Source of the DNA: Chara braunii
Lineage: Eukaryota > Plantae > Charophyceae
Assembly: GCA_003427395.1 (NCBI GenBank)
Contig: BFEA01000029.1
Coordinates: 5,185,085-5,249,084, forward strand
Length of the DNA stretch: 64,000 nt
Reading direction: 5' to 3'
The notes under the pieces are model-generated. The model searched no databases. It worked only from the letters and a program-made list of their open reading frames with translations, and had not been told where the DNA came from. Positions 23,959 to 36,080 of this stretch are shown here, piece after piece (within the stretch, counting starts at the first letter, position 1; every line of letters starts with the position of its first letter). Both the position numbers and the translations under genes were made by a program.

Positions 23959-26388
23959 ATGGAGAGTGAAGTAGAAGCTGGTCTCTCTAGTCCGCCGGAA
24001 ACCACTGAAAGAAGGGGGATAGTGAAGAGTCCCGAGTTGGGGGCCAGTCTAAGTAGGGTAGTGGAAGAAATGACAGAGGGAGCAGAGACGCTAGATAGGG
24101 CCGAGGGGGGTCCGGAAATGGCTTCGGGAGAGAGAGAGGCCTCGGAGCGGCAAAGAGCTGGCACGGAAGTGCGAGTGCACAGGGATGTGGGGCCGCAGGT
24201 GCCGGTAAACGAAGGGGTCACTGAAGCTGCAAGAGGCATTCCGGTGGAATCCCGGTGGGCGGACCTAATGGATGCGGAAGCAAGGTTAGAGGAAGCATGG
24301 GAATTTCCTAGAGATAGACAGGGGTATCGACCACTTAGGAGGGAGGAAGAGGAGTGTCAGGACAGGAGAGACTTAAGAGAAGGGAGGTCAACAGAAGCCG
24401 GCGGTAGGCCGCGGAGATGGGTCGAAAGGGTCCCGGAGGCCGTCACCGGTGAGAGGCAGGCTTTGGTGGGGCCAAGAACTGGCGCGGAAATGCGAATGTC
24501 TGTGCGAGAAGGGGGGATCGAGAGCTCGAGGGGCCTTCCTATAGAGTCTCGGTAGGCGGATTTACCGGACGCAAGAATGGGAGAAACTCTAGAATTTCCA
24601 AGAGATAGAGTAGGGTACCGGCCACCCAGGAGAGAAGAGGAAGGGGGACCGAGTAGAAGGGACCTTAGAGACGAGGGGCCGACGGAGGCAGGTAGTAGGC
24701 CACGAAGATGGGCCGTAAGAGAAACGGATGCTCCCTGGGTTCCCGGCGAGATAACATGCGTAAATCACGGGGTGGAGGCTTGGAGGAGCTTTAGGGGGCA
24801 GGGCCACGCTCGGTGGGAGACGGATTGGCCGGATGAGCGGGGCCGCTACGGGGAAGACCCCTGGGAACCGCCTAGACCCCGGGGCCGGGTGGAGGAGACG
24901 GATCCCTCGTGGTACAAGCCGTACGATCCGGCAATCGATGGGCCAATGGAAGGTCCCTATTTTCGCCGATACGACGACCGACGAGTCCCCTATTACGACG
25001 TCAACCCATTTTTCTTCGACGGACGGGATGTGACTGGGTTCGTGGAGAAATGGGAGAGTTATGCTTACCGTAAAAAATTCTTCGAAAGAGAGTGGATAAA
25101 CTATTTTATCCAGCACTCGGACCCCGAGTTAGACCCCGCGATTCGGGCTATCTACCCCTCAGACGGACGATGGAGGACCTTCAGGGTGACCCTATTGCAG
25201 ATTTTCGCCTGTGATGACCTGATCCCGACCGTGGAGGGCTTGCGACGAATTACAAAAGGGGAACGAGAGAGCTTGGTAGCCTTCACCCGTAGGTTCAAGC
25301 GCCTGTCCCAAGCCCTAGTGGATAGGGGTATGCTGTCTGAAGTAGATAGGTGCGTGATGTTCATGCTGCACCTACCCGAGGAAAAGAGGAAAGAGGTTCT
25401 TGAGACGGCCTCGAGGGATTCTGCCAATTTCGAGAAAGTCGCGGAGGTGGTTTTCACGGGGGGAGGAGTAGATGTGAGGGAACACATGAAAGAGACCTTG
25501 GACATGGCACTCTGCAACATGCGAGGCACGCGGAACGATGGTCCCAGGGGAAACGATAGACTGCCCCCGGGTCCACCTGGTCCCCGGTGGGGAGAACGGC
25601 CAACCGGATGGAGGAACGAATCGAGTGGCCAAGGAAGTTGGAGGAACGACAGGGAGATGAGGGGGAATCGTGGTTCTGATTGGGGGGGTTCCCATTGGAA
25701 GGATGCTAGGGATGGAAGGTGGGGAGACGCCCCTCAAGCAAGGGCTTCTGGGCCGCGATCGGAGGTTAGGGCGCCACCACCGCCAGCACCTCCACCACCG
25801 GCTCCGCCGGCGCCTATAGCGGCAGCCACGCAAGGGGGTCCACGTCCCAACAACCCACAAGCCCGAAGCGGGTGTGTCTACTGCAATGAAGAAAATCACA
25901 TTAAAAGGGACTGCCCTTATCTCACGGAGGCCTTAAGGTTGGGAGTGGTCAAGCTGAATAAGAACAAGTGGGTTGTGTGGGGGGACAACGGAGAGGCGGT
26001 CTCCTTTTACCCATCAATGAAGGTGAACGTGGACAAGAGGGTGGCCCTCCAGGAGGCTAGGCTGGGGAAGAAACCGAAAATCGGGAGCTCCTCCAACATA
26101 GCTCATATCCAAATGACGGAGTCACCAGGGGGGGTGTCCATTAGGGAACCCTAGGTGTCAAGCATTAAGTTCATATAAACCCAGCCCGAGGAAGAGAGGT
26201 CTTGCCTAAGGGTGAGAACGCACGTTGGGACTGAGACGTCCGAGAGCCAAGCGAGCGTGACGGAAGGCACGGAAGTAAGGAGCGGCGACAATGACCAACC
26301 GATGACCGATGCAAAAGCGGTGGAGGAAAAGAAGGAAAAACCCACCTCACCCAAATCGCCTAAAAAGAGGGGATAAAAAAAAATTGAA
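23959..26388 (+). pseudogene. gag: gag (with long N-terminal extension and CCHC zinc knuckle), internal stops
   Basis: 23959, 24577 and 26389 share one frame. Capsid-like FDGRDVTGFVEKWE…KGERESLVAFTRRF; knuckle CVYCNEENHIKRDC. Confidence 0.9.
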
Positions 26389-29300
26389 ATGAAGTGCACT
26401 CTGGATGAGATAGACACGGTAGCACCTCTTAGGAGGACCCTGATGCAGCCTATGCAGTGCACACTTTTGGAATATCTAGCCGCCAGCAAAAGCGTCAGGG
26501 AAGAACTCCTAAGCATCACGAGGAAGGTAAGAGTCCCGCTCGCAGGGGGGCCCAAGGTGCCGGTGGAAGGTCCCGCCAAGGAAGAAGTACAGGCCTCCCG
26601 CATTACCATGAAGGAGCTACCTGCCAACTTCTTCTCGGGAGAAGAGGCCGAGAAATTCTATGTGTTAGGTAGTGGCCAGCTCCAGGCAGTGGTAAGTGGG
26701 AAGAAAATGAGGGCTCTAGTGGACAATGGGTCCGAGTCTACGGTGTGTAGGGAATAGATCGAGGGGTATCGATGTCGATGGTAGTGGCGGATAACAAGCT
26801 GCAACCGGCAGAAGGGGTGTGTCATAACCCCGTGATTGAGGTCGCTGGTATAGAGGCCATGGTCCCGATCTTTTCGGTAAAAGAGTGCTCCTCCGAATTG
26901 ATCCTCGGAAGGACCTGGCTGAGCGCAGTACACACGACCACGGTTGATTTGTCGGATGGAAGTCAGACCCCCTCGATCCAAAGTCCTGATGGAATCCGAG
27001 TGGTCCTAAAGACCGTAGACGCGCAAGATGAACGTAACCGGACCAGCATCGCTAGATGCAAGGGGAGTCCGTCGAGGGTGTGCCGAGTCTGTCTGAAGGA
27101 GGTGCCCTTGACGGATATGGGACCCAAGGGAGACCAATTGGAGGTCGAGGACGTGGGGGATAGGATTGTAATTAACGGTATGGGTTACGAGAAGGAGGAT
27201 GAGGAGGAGGAGTTCGGTGGATGCGTGAGTATGTCTTTTTTGGAGGTATCCCCCTAGCCGGCGGAATAAAGAAGCACAAAATCGTGGCGGAGAAAGTAAA
27301 ACCCGCCGAGGTCAGCCGAGATAGAACGGGGTTAGCTACAATATCGGAGGAGGAGATAGTTGATATCATCCGGAAAAGGAAAGAGACAGAAGGGCAAAGG
27401 ATAACGGCCGATAGATTGGCCAAAATGGATATAGGAGATGGGAACCTCACGGAGGAAGAGAAGGGATTCATAGCAATGACCCTCAGGGGGTGCGATAAGG
27501 CCATCGCCCTTAATGACTCCGAGAGGGGGAGGATCGACCCAAGGTACGCTAAGCCGGCCCGGATCCACACGGTCCCGCACGTGCCTTGGAAGGATAGGCC
27601 CCAATGGAAGTACGCTCAAAAGGAGAAGGAGGAGATAGTGACTTTTATCAAGGAAAAAATTAGAACGTTCGTTGCGGAACCTTGCGAGAGTGCCTACTCC
27701 AATAAGTGGTTCTTTCTAAGAAAGGGGGGTAGCAACAAACTGTGATGGATTCAAAACCTCCAGAGGACCAATGCGGTCACCATAAGGGACGTGGGATCTA
27801 TACCCGAGGCCGACTTGCTAGCGGAAGGGTCGGAAGGTCGCTCGATATACTCGATCTGCGATCTCTTCTCTGGGTATGACGAAATCCCCCTAGACTATCG
27901 TGATAGGCATATGACCGCCATGCACACGCCGCTAGGGTTGGTCCAAATGATGGTGGTACCAATGGGCTGGACGAATGGGGTAGCGGTGTTCCAACGGGCC
28001 ATGATTGCAGTCCTCAAGGAATTCATACCGGATAAGGTAGAGGTCTTCCTAGATGACCTCCCGATAAAAGGACCGGTCGAGCGAGACGAGACGGAAGTTT
28101 TTCCCGGAGTGAGGAAGTTCGTGGTGGACCACATGAGCGACGTCAGGGACGTCCTTGTGAAACTGGACGATGCAAATCTCACGGTAAGCGGGACTAAGAG
28201 TCGCTGGGGCATGTCCTCCATCAAGATATTAGGGTTCATTTATTGTAAGGATGGGCGGAGGTCCGACCCCGAGAAATTGTTAAAATTAATGACCTGGCCG
28301 TCACCACTCAAATCCATAACAGAGGTCCGACAATTTCTAGGGGTTGTGGGCTACTGGAGAATCTTCATAAAGGCCTATGATGAGAAGGTGGAGCCCCTTA
28401 GAAGACTCCTTCGGAAATTGGAAGGATGGGTTTGGGGGGAAGCACAGGAAGCGGCCATGGAAGCTTTGAAGGTGGAGTTCCGCAAAGGTGGAGAGGTCCT
28501 AGGAGTTTCGTTCTTCGAAGACGAGGAGAGTCGCCCTTTCATAGTGTCCACGGACGCTGGACCTCATTCGGTGAGAGTCCTCCTGTCACAAAAGGACGGA
28601 GAGGGGAAAGAGAGACCGTTGCGATTTGAAAGCCGGACCTTGAACCACGCCGCTTGAACCACGCCGAGAGAAATTATAGCCAATTCAAAAAGGAGGTGTT
28701 AGGGGTATTGCATTGCCTAAAGGCCTTCCGTCATTATCTATACTGACGACGATTTCTCCTAAGGGTGGACCCGACGGCAGTGGCCGCGGTCCTCCAAAAA
28801 GATTTCTCGCTGACCGATCCTACCATCGCACGCTGGATGATTCATATTAGGCTTTACGACTATAGGGTCGAGAGGATATCAGGGACCAAGAGCCAGGTCG
28901 TGGACGGATTGTCCCGGCTTCCTATTCGTGAGGAGGACCTACCTAGGCTTAAGGAGGAAGAAGTGACAATGGCCAAGGAGGAGATAATGAAAGTCGCCGC
29001 TAATAGGGCACGAATAGCGGGGAGCAGCCGAGGGGAAGAAGGGGGCCCAATGACTTTTCTCACAAATCTCTAGGACGGGAAGTACCGGGACATAGGACCG
29101 TACCTGGCCGGTAGGGAAACATGGACTGAAAGAATCCAGCGAGAGGCGCTGGGGTATTGCTTGCGGGAAGGCCATCTCTTCAAAAGGCCCACCAAGTTTG
29201 CGATACCCATGAGGGTACTGTGCGATCCAGAGGAGAGAAGGGCGGTCATAGAGGAGTTACACGATGGGGTCGTTGGAGGTCATAGGGGGGTGAAGGGTAC

Positions 29301-30647
29301 TTTCGATAAAGTCCGTAGGCTTTATTGGTGGGACGGGCGATACACGAAAGTGGAAAAGTACTGTTCAACATGTGAGGCTTGCCAGAAGAGGGCTACGGTT
29401 CGATACAAGGAACCCTTGGTTCCGTCGCTTCCCACGGTTCCGGGAGAGAAGGTCCATGTTGACTTAGTAACCATGCCAAAGGGGATCGGCGGACTTCGGT
29501 ATATAATTAACACGCGGGATGACCTCACGGGATTCGTAGAGCCAAAGGCCGTTAAGAAGAAGACGGCAGAGGAGGTAAGTGAATTTCTCCTTGAATATAT
29601 CGCGCGGTACGGATGTGTTGGGAGAATAGTCATGGATAGGGGCGCAGAGTTCTTGAGCCAAAAGATCAAGGCATTATTGGAAAAGGCAGGGATCGGGGTG
29701 ACCTATACGATCGCTTATCACCCCCAGAGCAATGCACCGATAGAAATGGGTCACCAGACGCGCTTGTGGACGCTCTGGCGAAATGGTGCAAAGGTCGCGC
29801 GGAACAGTGGCTGAGATATTTGCGGTACGCGGTTTGGGCCGATAATATCACAGTCAAGTCCAGTACGGGATACCCTCCTTACACCCTTTGGTTCGGTAGG
29901 CATTGTCCCCTTCCCATCGAATTCCACATCGACACTCGGACGAGTGTCTCATGGAAAATCAACATGACCCGGAATGAACTGTTGGAGGCACGGATCCAAC
30001 AAATAGCTGAGAATTTGGATACCGGTGTAACCAAAGCGGGAGAGAACATCGAGAGAGAGAAGGTGAAAGGAAAAGATAGGTGGGACAAAAATCTGCGGGT
30101 CTGAAAGGCGCCGATAGGGGTTGACGACCTAGTGCTGATGCATGATTCGTCACTAGAAAATACCTGGAGCAGGAAATTGGCAAACCGATGGATGGGGCCG
30201 TATAAGGTCCTAAAGAGATTGGATGGGGGGGCTTACATGCTCGCGGAATTAGATGGGAGTAGGCTACGGGATCCTGTCGCAGGCGCTCGTCTCAAAATCT
30301 TTCGATCACGAGAGACCCTTGAGGAAGAGTCGAGACAGAAAGGAAAAGAAGCTATTGACACACAGGTGAGCATAACCGACGAAAAAGGGGAGACCTCCAA
30401 ACAAGAAGACTCTTCTCGACCCCCAAGGAAAGTGTATAAGGTTCGGAAAACTGCCCTACCAAAGACCCCTAGGAAGAACAAACGACTGAGGGAGGATGAC
30501 GGAGATACTGACCGATTAAGGAAACGCAGGTTGAACGAAATGAGGAATGCGTCAAGAAAGGCCCTGAGACTCAAACGTGAGAGAGAGGAGAGAAAACGGA
30601 AGAGAGAGAGGCGCGAGAAGAGGATGAGGAGACGGAGACGGGCGTAA
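26389..30647 (+). pseudogene. pol: pol: protease, RT, RNase H, integrase (stops and frameshifts)
   Basis: PR ALVDNGSE…LILGRTWL; RT DLFSGYD…PMGWTN…VFLDDLPIKG; RH FIVSTDAG…ERNYSQFKKE; INT H-x6-H…CSTC, VHVDLV, MDRGAEF, YHPQSNAPIE, GPY motif. A 14-bp duplication at 28639-28666 frameshifts RH. Confidence 0.96.
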
Positions 30648-31006
30648 AAAGGGGAAGGGAATGGTGTACCATAGTTAGGAAAACGTGTTCCGGGAAAGAG
30701 GTTATATTGAAGGGAAAGTTGTACCATAATATACCATAGTTAGAGAAACGGGTGTCGTAAGGGGCAATGAGTCGTAGTCCTGATAGGATATTGTACCATA
30801 GACTGATGTCATAGGGTAGCGATGTGTCGTGGGTCATGGATGGCGTCGTGATGAAACAGTAGGGTCAAGTCCGGCAAAAAGAAAAGGACAATGTGATCTA
30901 ACCGGGGAGATGGGTTGGAACGGGAGAAACTTTTCATGGGTAAACATTGGGCGAGGGGAAACGGTTAAAAATAAAGAGGTCACGAAAAAGACTCGCCGGG
31001 GACGAC

Positions 31007-31028
31007 GAGAATTGGGGTGTGGGCTGGC
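31007..31028 (+). promoter_or_regulatory. PPT-like G-rich tract before the 3' LTR
   Basis: gagaattggggtgtgggctggc abuts the LTR start; it is not purely purine. Confidence 0.5.
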
Positions 31029-32814
31029 TGTCGGGCAGCTGCCTAGCAGCCGAGGGTATTTCCTGGAAAAAAAAAAAAAAGAACTCGGTCGTTGTTGCCT
31101 AATTTTGCATGGTTTGGACGCATGATTGTCTGAGACTGATGGGTTTCAAGGGACTTGGGGTGTCTAGAGGCCCCGTGCTAACGATTGGGAAAGGGCAAGA
31201 GAGGGGGGCAATGTAGGTCGTGAGAGGAAGCGGGCGGGCCGCAAGAATCCGAGTGTTTGGGGGCTTGGTCCGAAGTCCGACAGGAAGGAGACAGATTCTG
31301 TGCGGTGGCTTGAAGAACCGAAGGGCAGAGGGATAAAGTGAAGGACTTAAGAAGTGACTAAGGATGGCGATGTGAATACCGCACGGTATCTATGTGACCC
31401 GGCGTCTACCCAAGGGTGGAACTAGGAGATCCGGGCGGCCTACATTGAAAGGCCAAGAACCCCTAGCAGGAGGCACGGAATCAGGTCACCCCGGGGAGAT
31501 GACGAACTTGACTCTGGGCGCACCCGGCTTGGTACGGACTAAGGGCGATGGAGGCGACCAATTTCGGAAGAGCTCGGGCCGAAGCGGTGATGGGGACGAG
31601 TCACACTTACGGGAGCGGGAGTTTCGAATGGCAGGCTGCTTCAACAAAGAAAGGAATGACGGTAGGGGTTTATAATTGGAATCTGTTAAAGCTACGGAGG
31701 AGGGCAGGCGAAGGAAGCTGGGGGGTTGGACCCCGATAAAGAGGGGGAGATATGTCAAGCAAGTGAGGGTCTGGGGTATGGCGGAAGAAAAGGGAAATGA
31801 GAAAGCGGGGGGGTTCTATTCATAGCCACAACNGATCGGAGGTGCCAAGAGAAAGGGTGTTCATAGATAGGTAACCAACTTGGCGGTGGCTGCAACCGAT
31901 GTCTGCATCAGTGGGAATGAACTTGGGCCTGGTATGCAGGCCGATACTTTCACGAATTATTTGGCCTGAGAGGCTGGCCTGCGCGCACGTTTTTTGATAA
32001 CTGTCCGGAAGTACGATCTGATGGCACTCTCGACAGTTGGGATGAACCAGGGCCTGGTATGCAGACCGATACTTTCACGAATTATTTGGCTTGAGGAGCA
32101 GACCTGCTCACACATTTCTTGATAACTGTCTGGAGGTACGATCTGATGCCACTCTCGACAGTTTGGATGAACCGGGGCCTGGTATGCAGGCCGATACTTT
32201 CACGGATCATTTCGCCTGAGAGGCTGGCCTGCGCGCACGTTTCTTGATAACTGTCCGGAAGTACGATCTGATGGCACTCTAGATAGTTGAGATGAACCTG
32301 GGCCTGGTATGCGTGTCGAGACTTTCGCAGATTGTTTGACCTGAGAGGCAGGGCCAAGCATACGTTTCTTGATAATTGTCTGGAGGTGCTGTCTAATGGC
32401 ACTCTCGACCGTTAAAATGAACTTAGGCCTGACGCTAAGGCAGAGGCGTCCAAGGATTTTTTCGAAATTGTCGAAGGTTGTTATCTGATGCGGCTCATAT
32501 CAGTCATCATGTACCTGAGCCTGGTGCACAGGCCAATGCATCCAATAATTTTGTTGTTATTATCTGTCCGAGGTCGCACTCACGAAAGCTTGGGTCAAGA
32601 GGCTATTGATTGGTGGAGAAGGAGGAATTGGGGATCGATCACGGGGAAGGATGGGAGGAAAAAGGTATAAAAGAGAGGAAGTGGGACATATTTAGAGAGG
32701 AGGCGCACGGGAGAAGGGGCACGCACGAAGCGCACGCACAGACTAGTGTTCCGCGCTCGTAGCGAACTGCGTAGCGCTGCGCCCGATCTTCAGAGAGAGA
32801 GAGGGAGAGGGAGC

Positions 32815-32905
<91 letters not shown>

Positions 32906-35900
32906 NNNNNNNNNNNNNNNNNNNNNNNNNNNNNNNNNNNNNNNNNNNNNNNNNNNNNNNNNNNNNNNNNNNNNNNNNNNNNNNNNNNNNNNNNNNNNNN
33001 NNNNNNNNNNNNNNNNNNNNNNNNNNNNNNNNNNNNNNNNNNNNNNNNNNNNNNNNNNNNNNNNNNNNNNNNNNNNNNNNNNNNNNNNNNNNNNNNNNNN
33101 NNNNNNNNNNNNNNNNNNNNNNNNNNNNNNNNNNNNNNNNNNNNNNNNNNNNNNNNNNNNNNNNNNNNNNNNNNNNNNNNNNNNNNNNNNNNNNNNNNNN
33201 NNNNNNNNNNNNNNNNNNNNNNNNNNNNNNNNNNNNNNNNNNNNNNNNNNNNNNNNNNNNNNNNNNNNNNNNNNNNNNNNNNNNNNNNNNNNNNNNNNNN
33301 NNNNNNNNNNNNNNNNNNNNNNNNNNNNNNNNNNNNNNNNNNNNNNNNNNNNNNNNNNNNNNNNNNNNNNNNNNNNNNNNNNNNNNNNNNNNNNNNNNNN
33401 NNNNNNNNNNNNNNNNNNNNNNNNNNNNNNNNNNNNNNNNNNNNNNNNNNNNNNNNNNNNNNNNNNNNNNNNNNNATACTTGCGACCAGGTGATATTGGC
33501 TGTTCTCCGTGGAGCGCTTCACGCTCCCTGTACATGCGCCATACGCGCGACCAAGAGCTGATGCTGATTTTTGTTCGTTGTGAGCGCTTCATGCTCTCTG
33601 TACCTATGTCATGTGTGCGACCAAGTGCTGATGCCGATTTCCGTTTGTTGGGAGCGCTTCACGCTCTCCTGACCGAGCTCCACACGTGCGACCTGGTGAT
33701 ATTGTCTGTTCTCCGTGGAGCGCTTCACGCTCTCTGTACCTGCGCCGCACGTGCGACCAAGAGCTGATACTGATTTCCGTTCGTGGTGAGCGCTTTACGC
33801 TCTCCTTGTCAAGCATCATACGAGCGACCACGGGATGTTCTCTTTCCTCCGTGAGCGCTTCACGCTCTCGGTACCTGCGTCATACGCGCGACCAAGAGTC
33901 GATCGTCATGTGAACGACCGAGTGCTGATTTCGGTTTAGTGTGAGCGCCCTTCGGTCTTTGAACTTGTGCCATACGTACGGTCAAGTACTGTTCGCTGTC
34001 CCTGAGAGCGCTTCACGCTCTCTGCACATGTACGAGCAAGAGTCGTCCGCGCTCCGCACCGAGCTCCCTTCGAGTGACCGAGGGTTGTTCGCCGTTTGGA
34101 AGAGGACTTCTCTCTTCCTGTACCATACTCAGGACCAGACAGGGTCTTCGCAGCTTCGGGCGGTTTTTACCGGTGCTGGACCATTCTATCGTCCTTTTTT
34201 TGTTTTGTTTTAATCAGCTCCCTGTTCTAATCTGTTTGATGGCGTTCGACCCCTCTGCGTTTTCTTTCAACTCACGATCCAAGTCTTTTTGCCACGGCTC
34301 GACCGAGGCTGGTTTATTCGCTTGCTTTTCTCAAAAGTCTGTTCGGTTCGCAGAAAAGACCTTGGGATTCGCTCTGTTGAGACCAAGCTCTTCAGTTTTT
34401 TCTTTCATCCTCAAAGACCGTTATCCTCTCCTGATCACTAGCGTGAGGCTGTCAGCCATTCCATCGGCGCTCCCTCCTAGGGGGCGGTAGGTCGACAGCT
34501 GGACGGAAGCAAATGCGAACTAGAGAAAGGGACGAATGAGAGAGAGAGAGAGAGAGCAAAAAAAGGTGAGAGAAGAAGAGAGGGGGGGAAGAGAGCTACC
34601 GCTTGCGAACGTCTGTGGTTTCTCGGTAGAAGCAGAAAGAGAGAAGCTCTCAGAGGGAGAGGGAACGCGAGTTGAGGAGGCTGCTTCGACGGGACCCCTC
34701 CATGAGCGTGCTGGGATGAGCTGGTCGTCGTCTAAAGCTCGTACTTTGGTAACTTCGGTCCCCCCATTGCTCTTTGGCTCTACATCTTGCCGAATATATA
34801 ATTGCTCTTTGGTTCCGAACTTGTCGAGGCTCTTTGCTTGCCGATCTTGTCGTCGTCTCCAGCTCGTTGTTATCTGTGTACTTTGGTAACTTTGTTTCCC
34901 CATTGCTCTTTGGCTCTACAGCTTGCTGAACATGTAGTTGCTCTTTGGTTCCGAACTTATCAAGGCTCTTTGCTTGCCGATCTTGTCGTCGTCTCCAGCT
35001 CGTTGTTATCTGTGTACTTTGGTAACTTTGTTTCCCCATTGCTCTTTGGCTCTACAGCTTGCTGAACATGTAGTTGCTCTTTGGTTCCGAACTTATCAAG
35101 GCTCTTTGCTTGCTAAGCTTGTCGTCGTCTCAAGCTCGTTGTTATCTGTGTACTTTGGTGACTTTGTTTCCCCTTTGCTCTTTGGCTCTACAGCTTGCTG
35201 AACATGTAGTTGCTCTTTGGTTCCGAACTTGTAGAGGCTCTTGGTCCCACAGCTTGCTGAGCTCGTGGTCGCCTCAAGATCGTCGTTGTACGTGTCCCCT
35301 GATCTCAATTAAGTCAATTCCTTGATTTCACGAAGCTCTTTGGACTTGCCGCCGTCGCAAGCTCGTTTGTTATTCTTGTTCCCTACCCTCAGTTAAGCAA
35401 GTTCTTTGTGTTTACGTTGCTCTTTGAGCACAGGTCACAGACCGGGAGCTCAGCAAGTCCTTCGACTTTGCGATCGTTGGCTGGCCGTCCTTTCTAACAC
35501 GTTGATTCCACGAACACTTTTGACAGCTCTCGAGCTTGTCGACCAAGCTTGTTGATTTTACCAGCAATATTCACAGCTCGCCGAGGTTGTCATTACTCTT
35601 TAGGTGTTACGGGCGAGGGTTACAGCTCGCTGAGCCAGGCGGTTGGCAGAAGGGCGATTTCCCAGCTCGTCGCCTCTTGAGTTAGCTGGTTCTCAGTTTA
35701 TATTCCCGGGGCGAGGAACGGTCCGGTGCCTGTGACCCGGTACCCCCCCCCGTTCTCGGGGGCGGAACGAACTCGACACCGGTAAGCCGCGTAAAGGAAA
35801 GCTTAGTCGTCGGACAAAAGCTAAGGGGAAATACGTAAGACGCCGGGTCATTCGAAAGCTCTTATCTGCGCCCCCGGTAGAGGCTACAAAGCCACTAACT

Positions 35901-36006
35901 TGCTCCCTCGCCTGGGATAGAGTGTGGCCATCGAGTAGAAGGAGAAGGGGGGGGGGCTGAGAAGGCGAGACAGGAAGGCTGACTGGTCAGAGGGACAACC
36001 CCGACA
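31029..36006 (+). repeat. 3' LTR (includes an N gap)
   Basis: Begins tgtcgggcagctgcctagcagccgaggg, ends gggacaaccccgaca, followed by the CCGG TSD. Confidence 0.96.
32906..33475. other. Assembly gap (N run)
   Basis: Ns following the (GA)n tract. Confidence 0.99.
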
Positions 36007-36045
36007 CCGGTCTCCAGCACGTGCTGCTCCCCACGAAGACTGGAG

Positions 36046-36079
<34 letters not shown>

Positions 36080-36080
<1 letters not shown>

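Larger units (their letters stand above)
12553..36006 (+). mobile_element. Full-length giant Ty3/Gypsy (non-chromovirus) LTR retrotransposon, 23,454 bp, decayed
   Basis: Two long direct repeats with TGTC…GACA termini, CCGG on both flanks (12549-12552, 36007-36010), PBS, gag-PR-RT-RH-INT order and a G-rich tract before the 3' LTR. Confidence 0.97.
9924..36078 (+). mobile_element. Poly(A)-tailed non-LTR retro-copy (~2.7 kb own sequence: 9924-12552 + 36011-36078), split by the giant LTR element
   Basis: A30 tail at 36049-36078; 13-bp TSD attttgggga(c/g)at at 9911-9923 and 36080-36092. The homologous site in the 55.7-kb LTR copy is empty. No RT recognised. Confidence 0.7.

Noticed and set aside
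26715-26740. Protease DNG instead of D(S/T)G as a novel catalytic motif
   Set aside because: A single G>A change (AGT>AAT) in this decayed copy would explain it; needs the family consensus.
32639-33592. Long ORFs of 259-317 aa
   Set aside because: Artefacts of the N gap and the (GA)n run.
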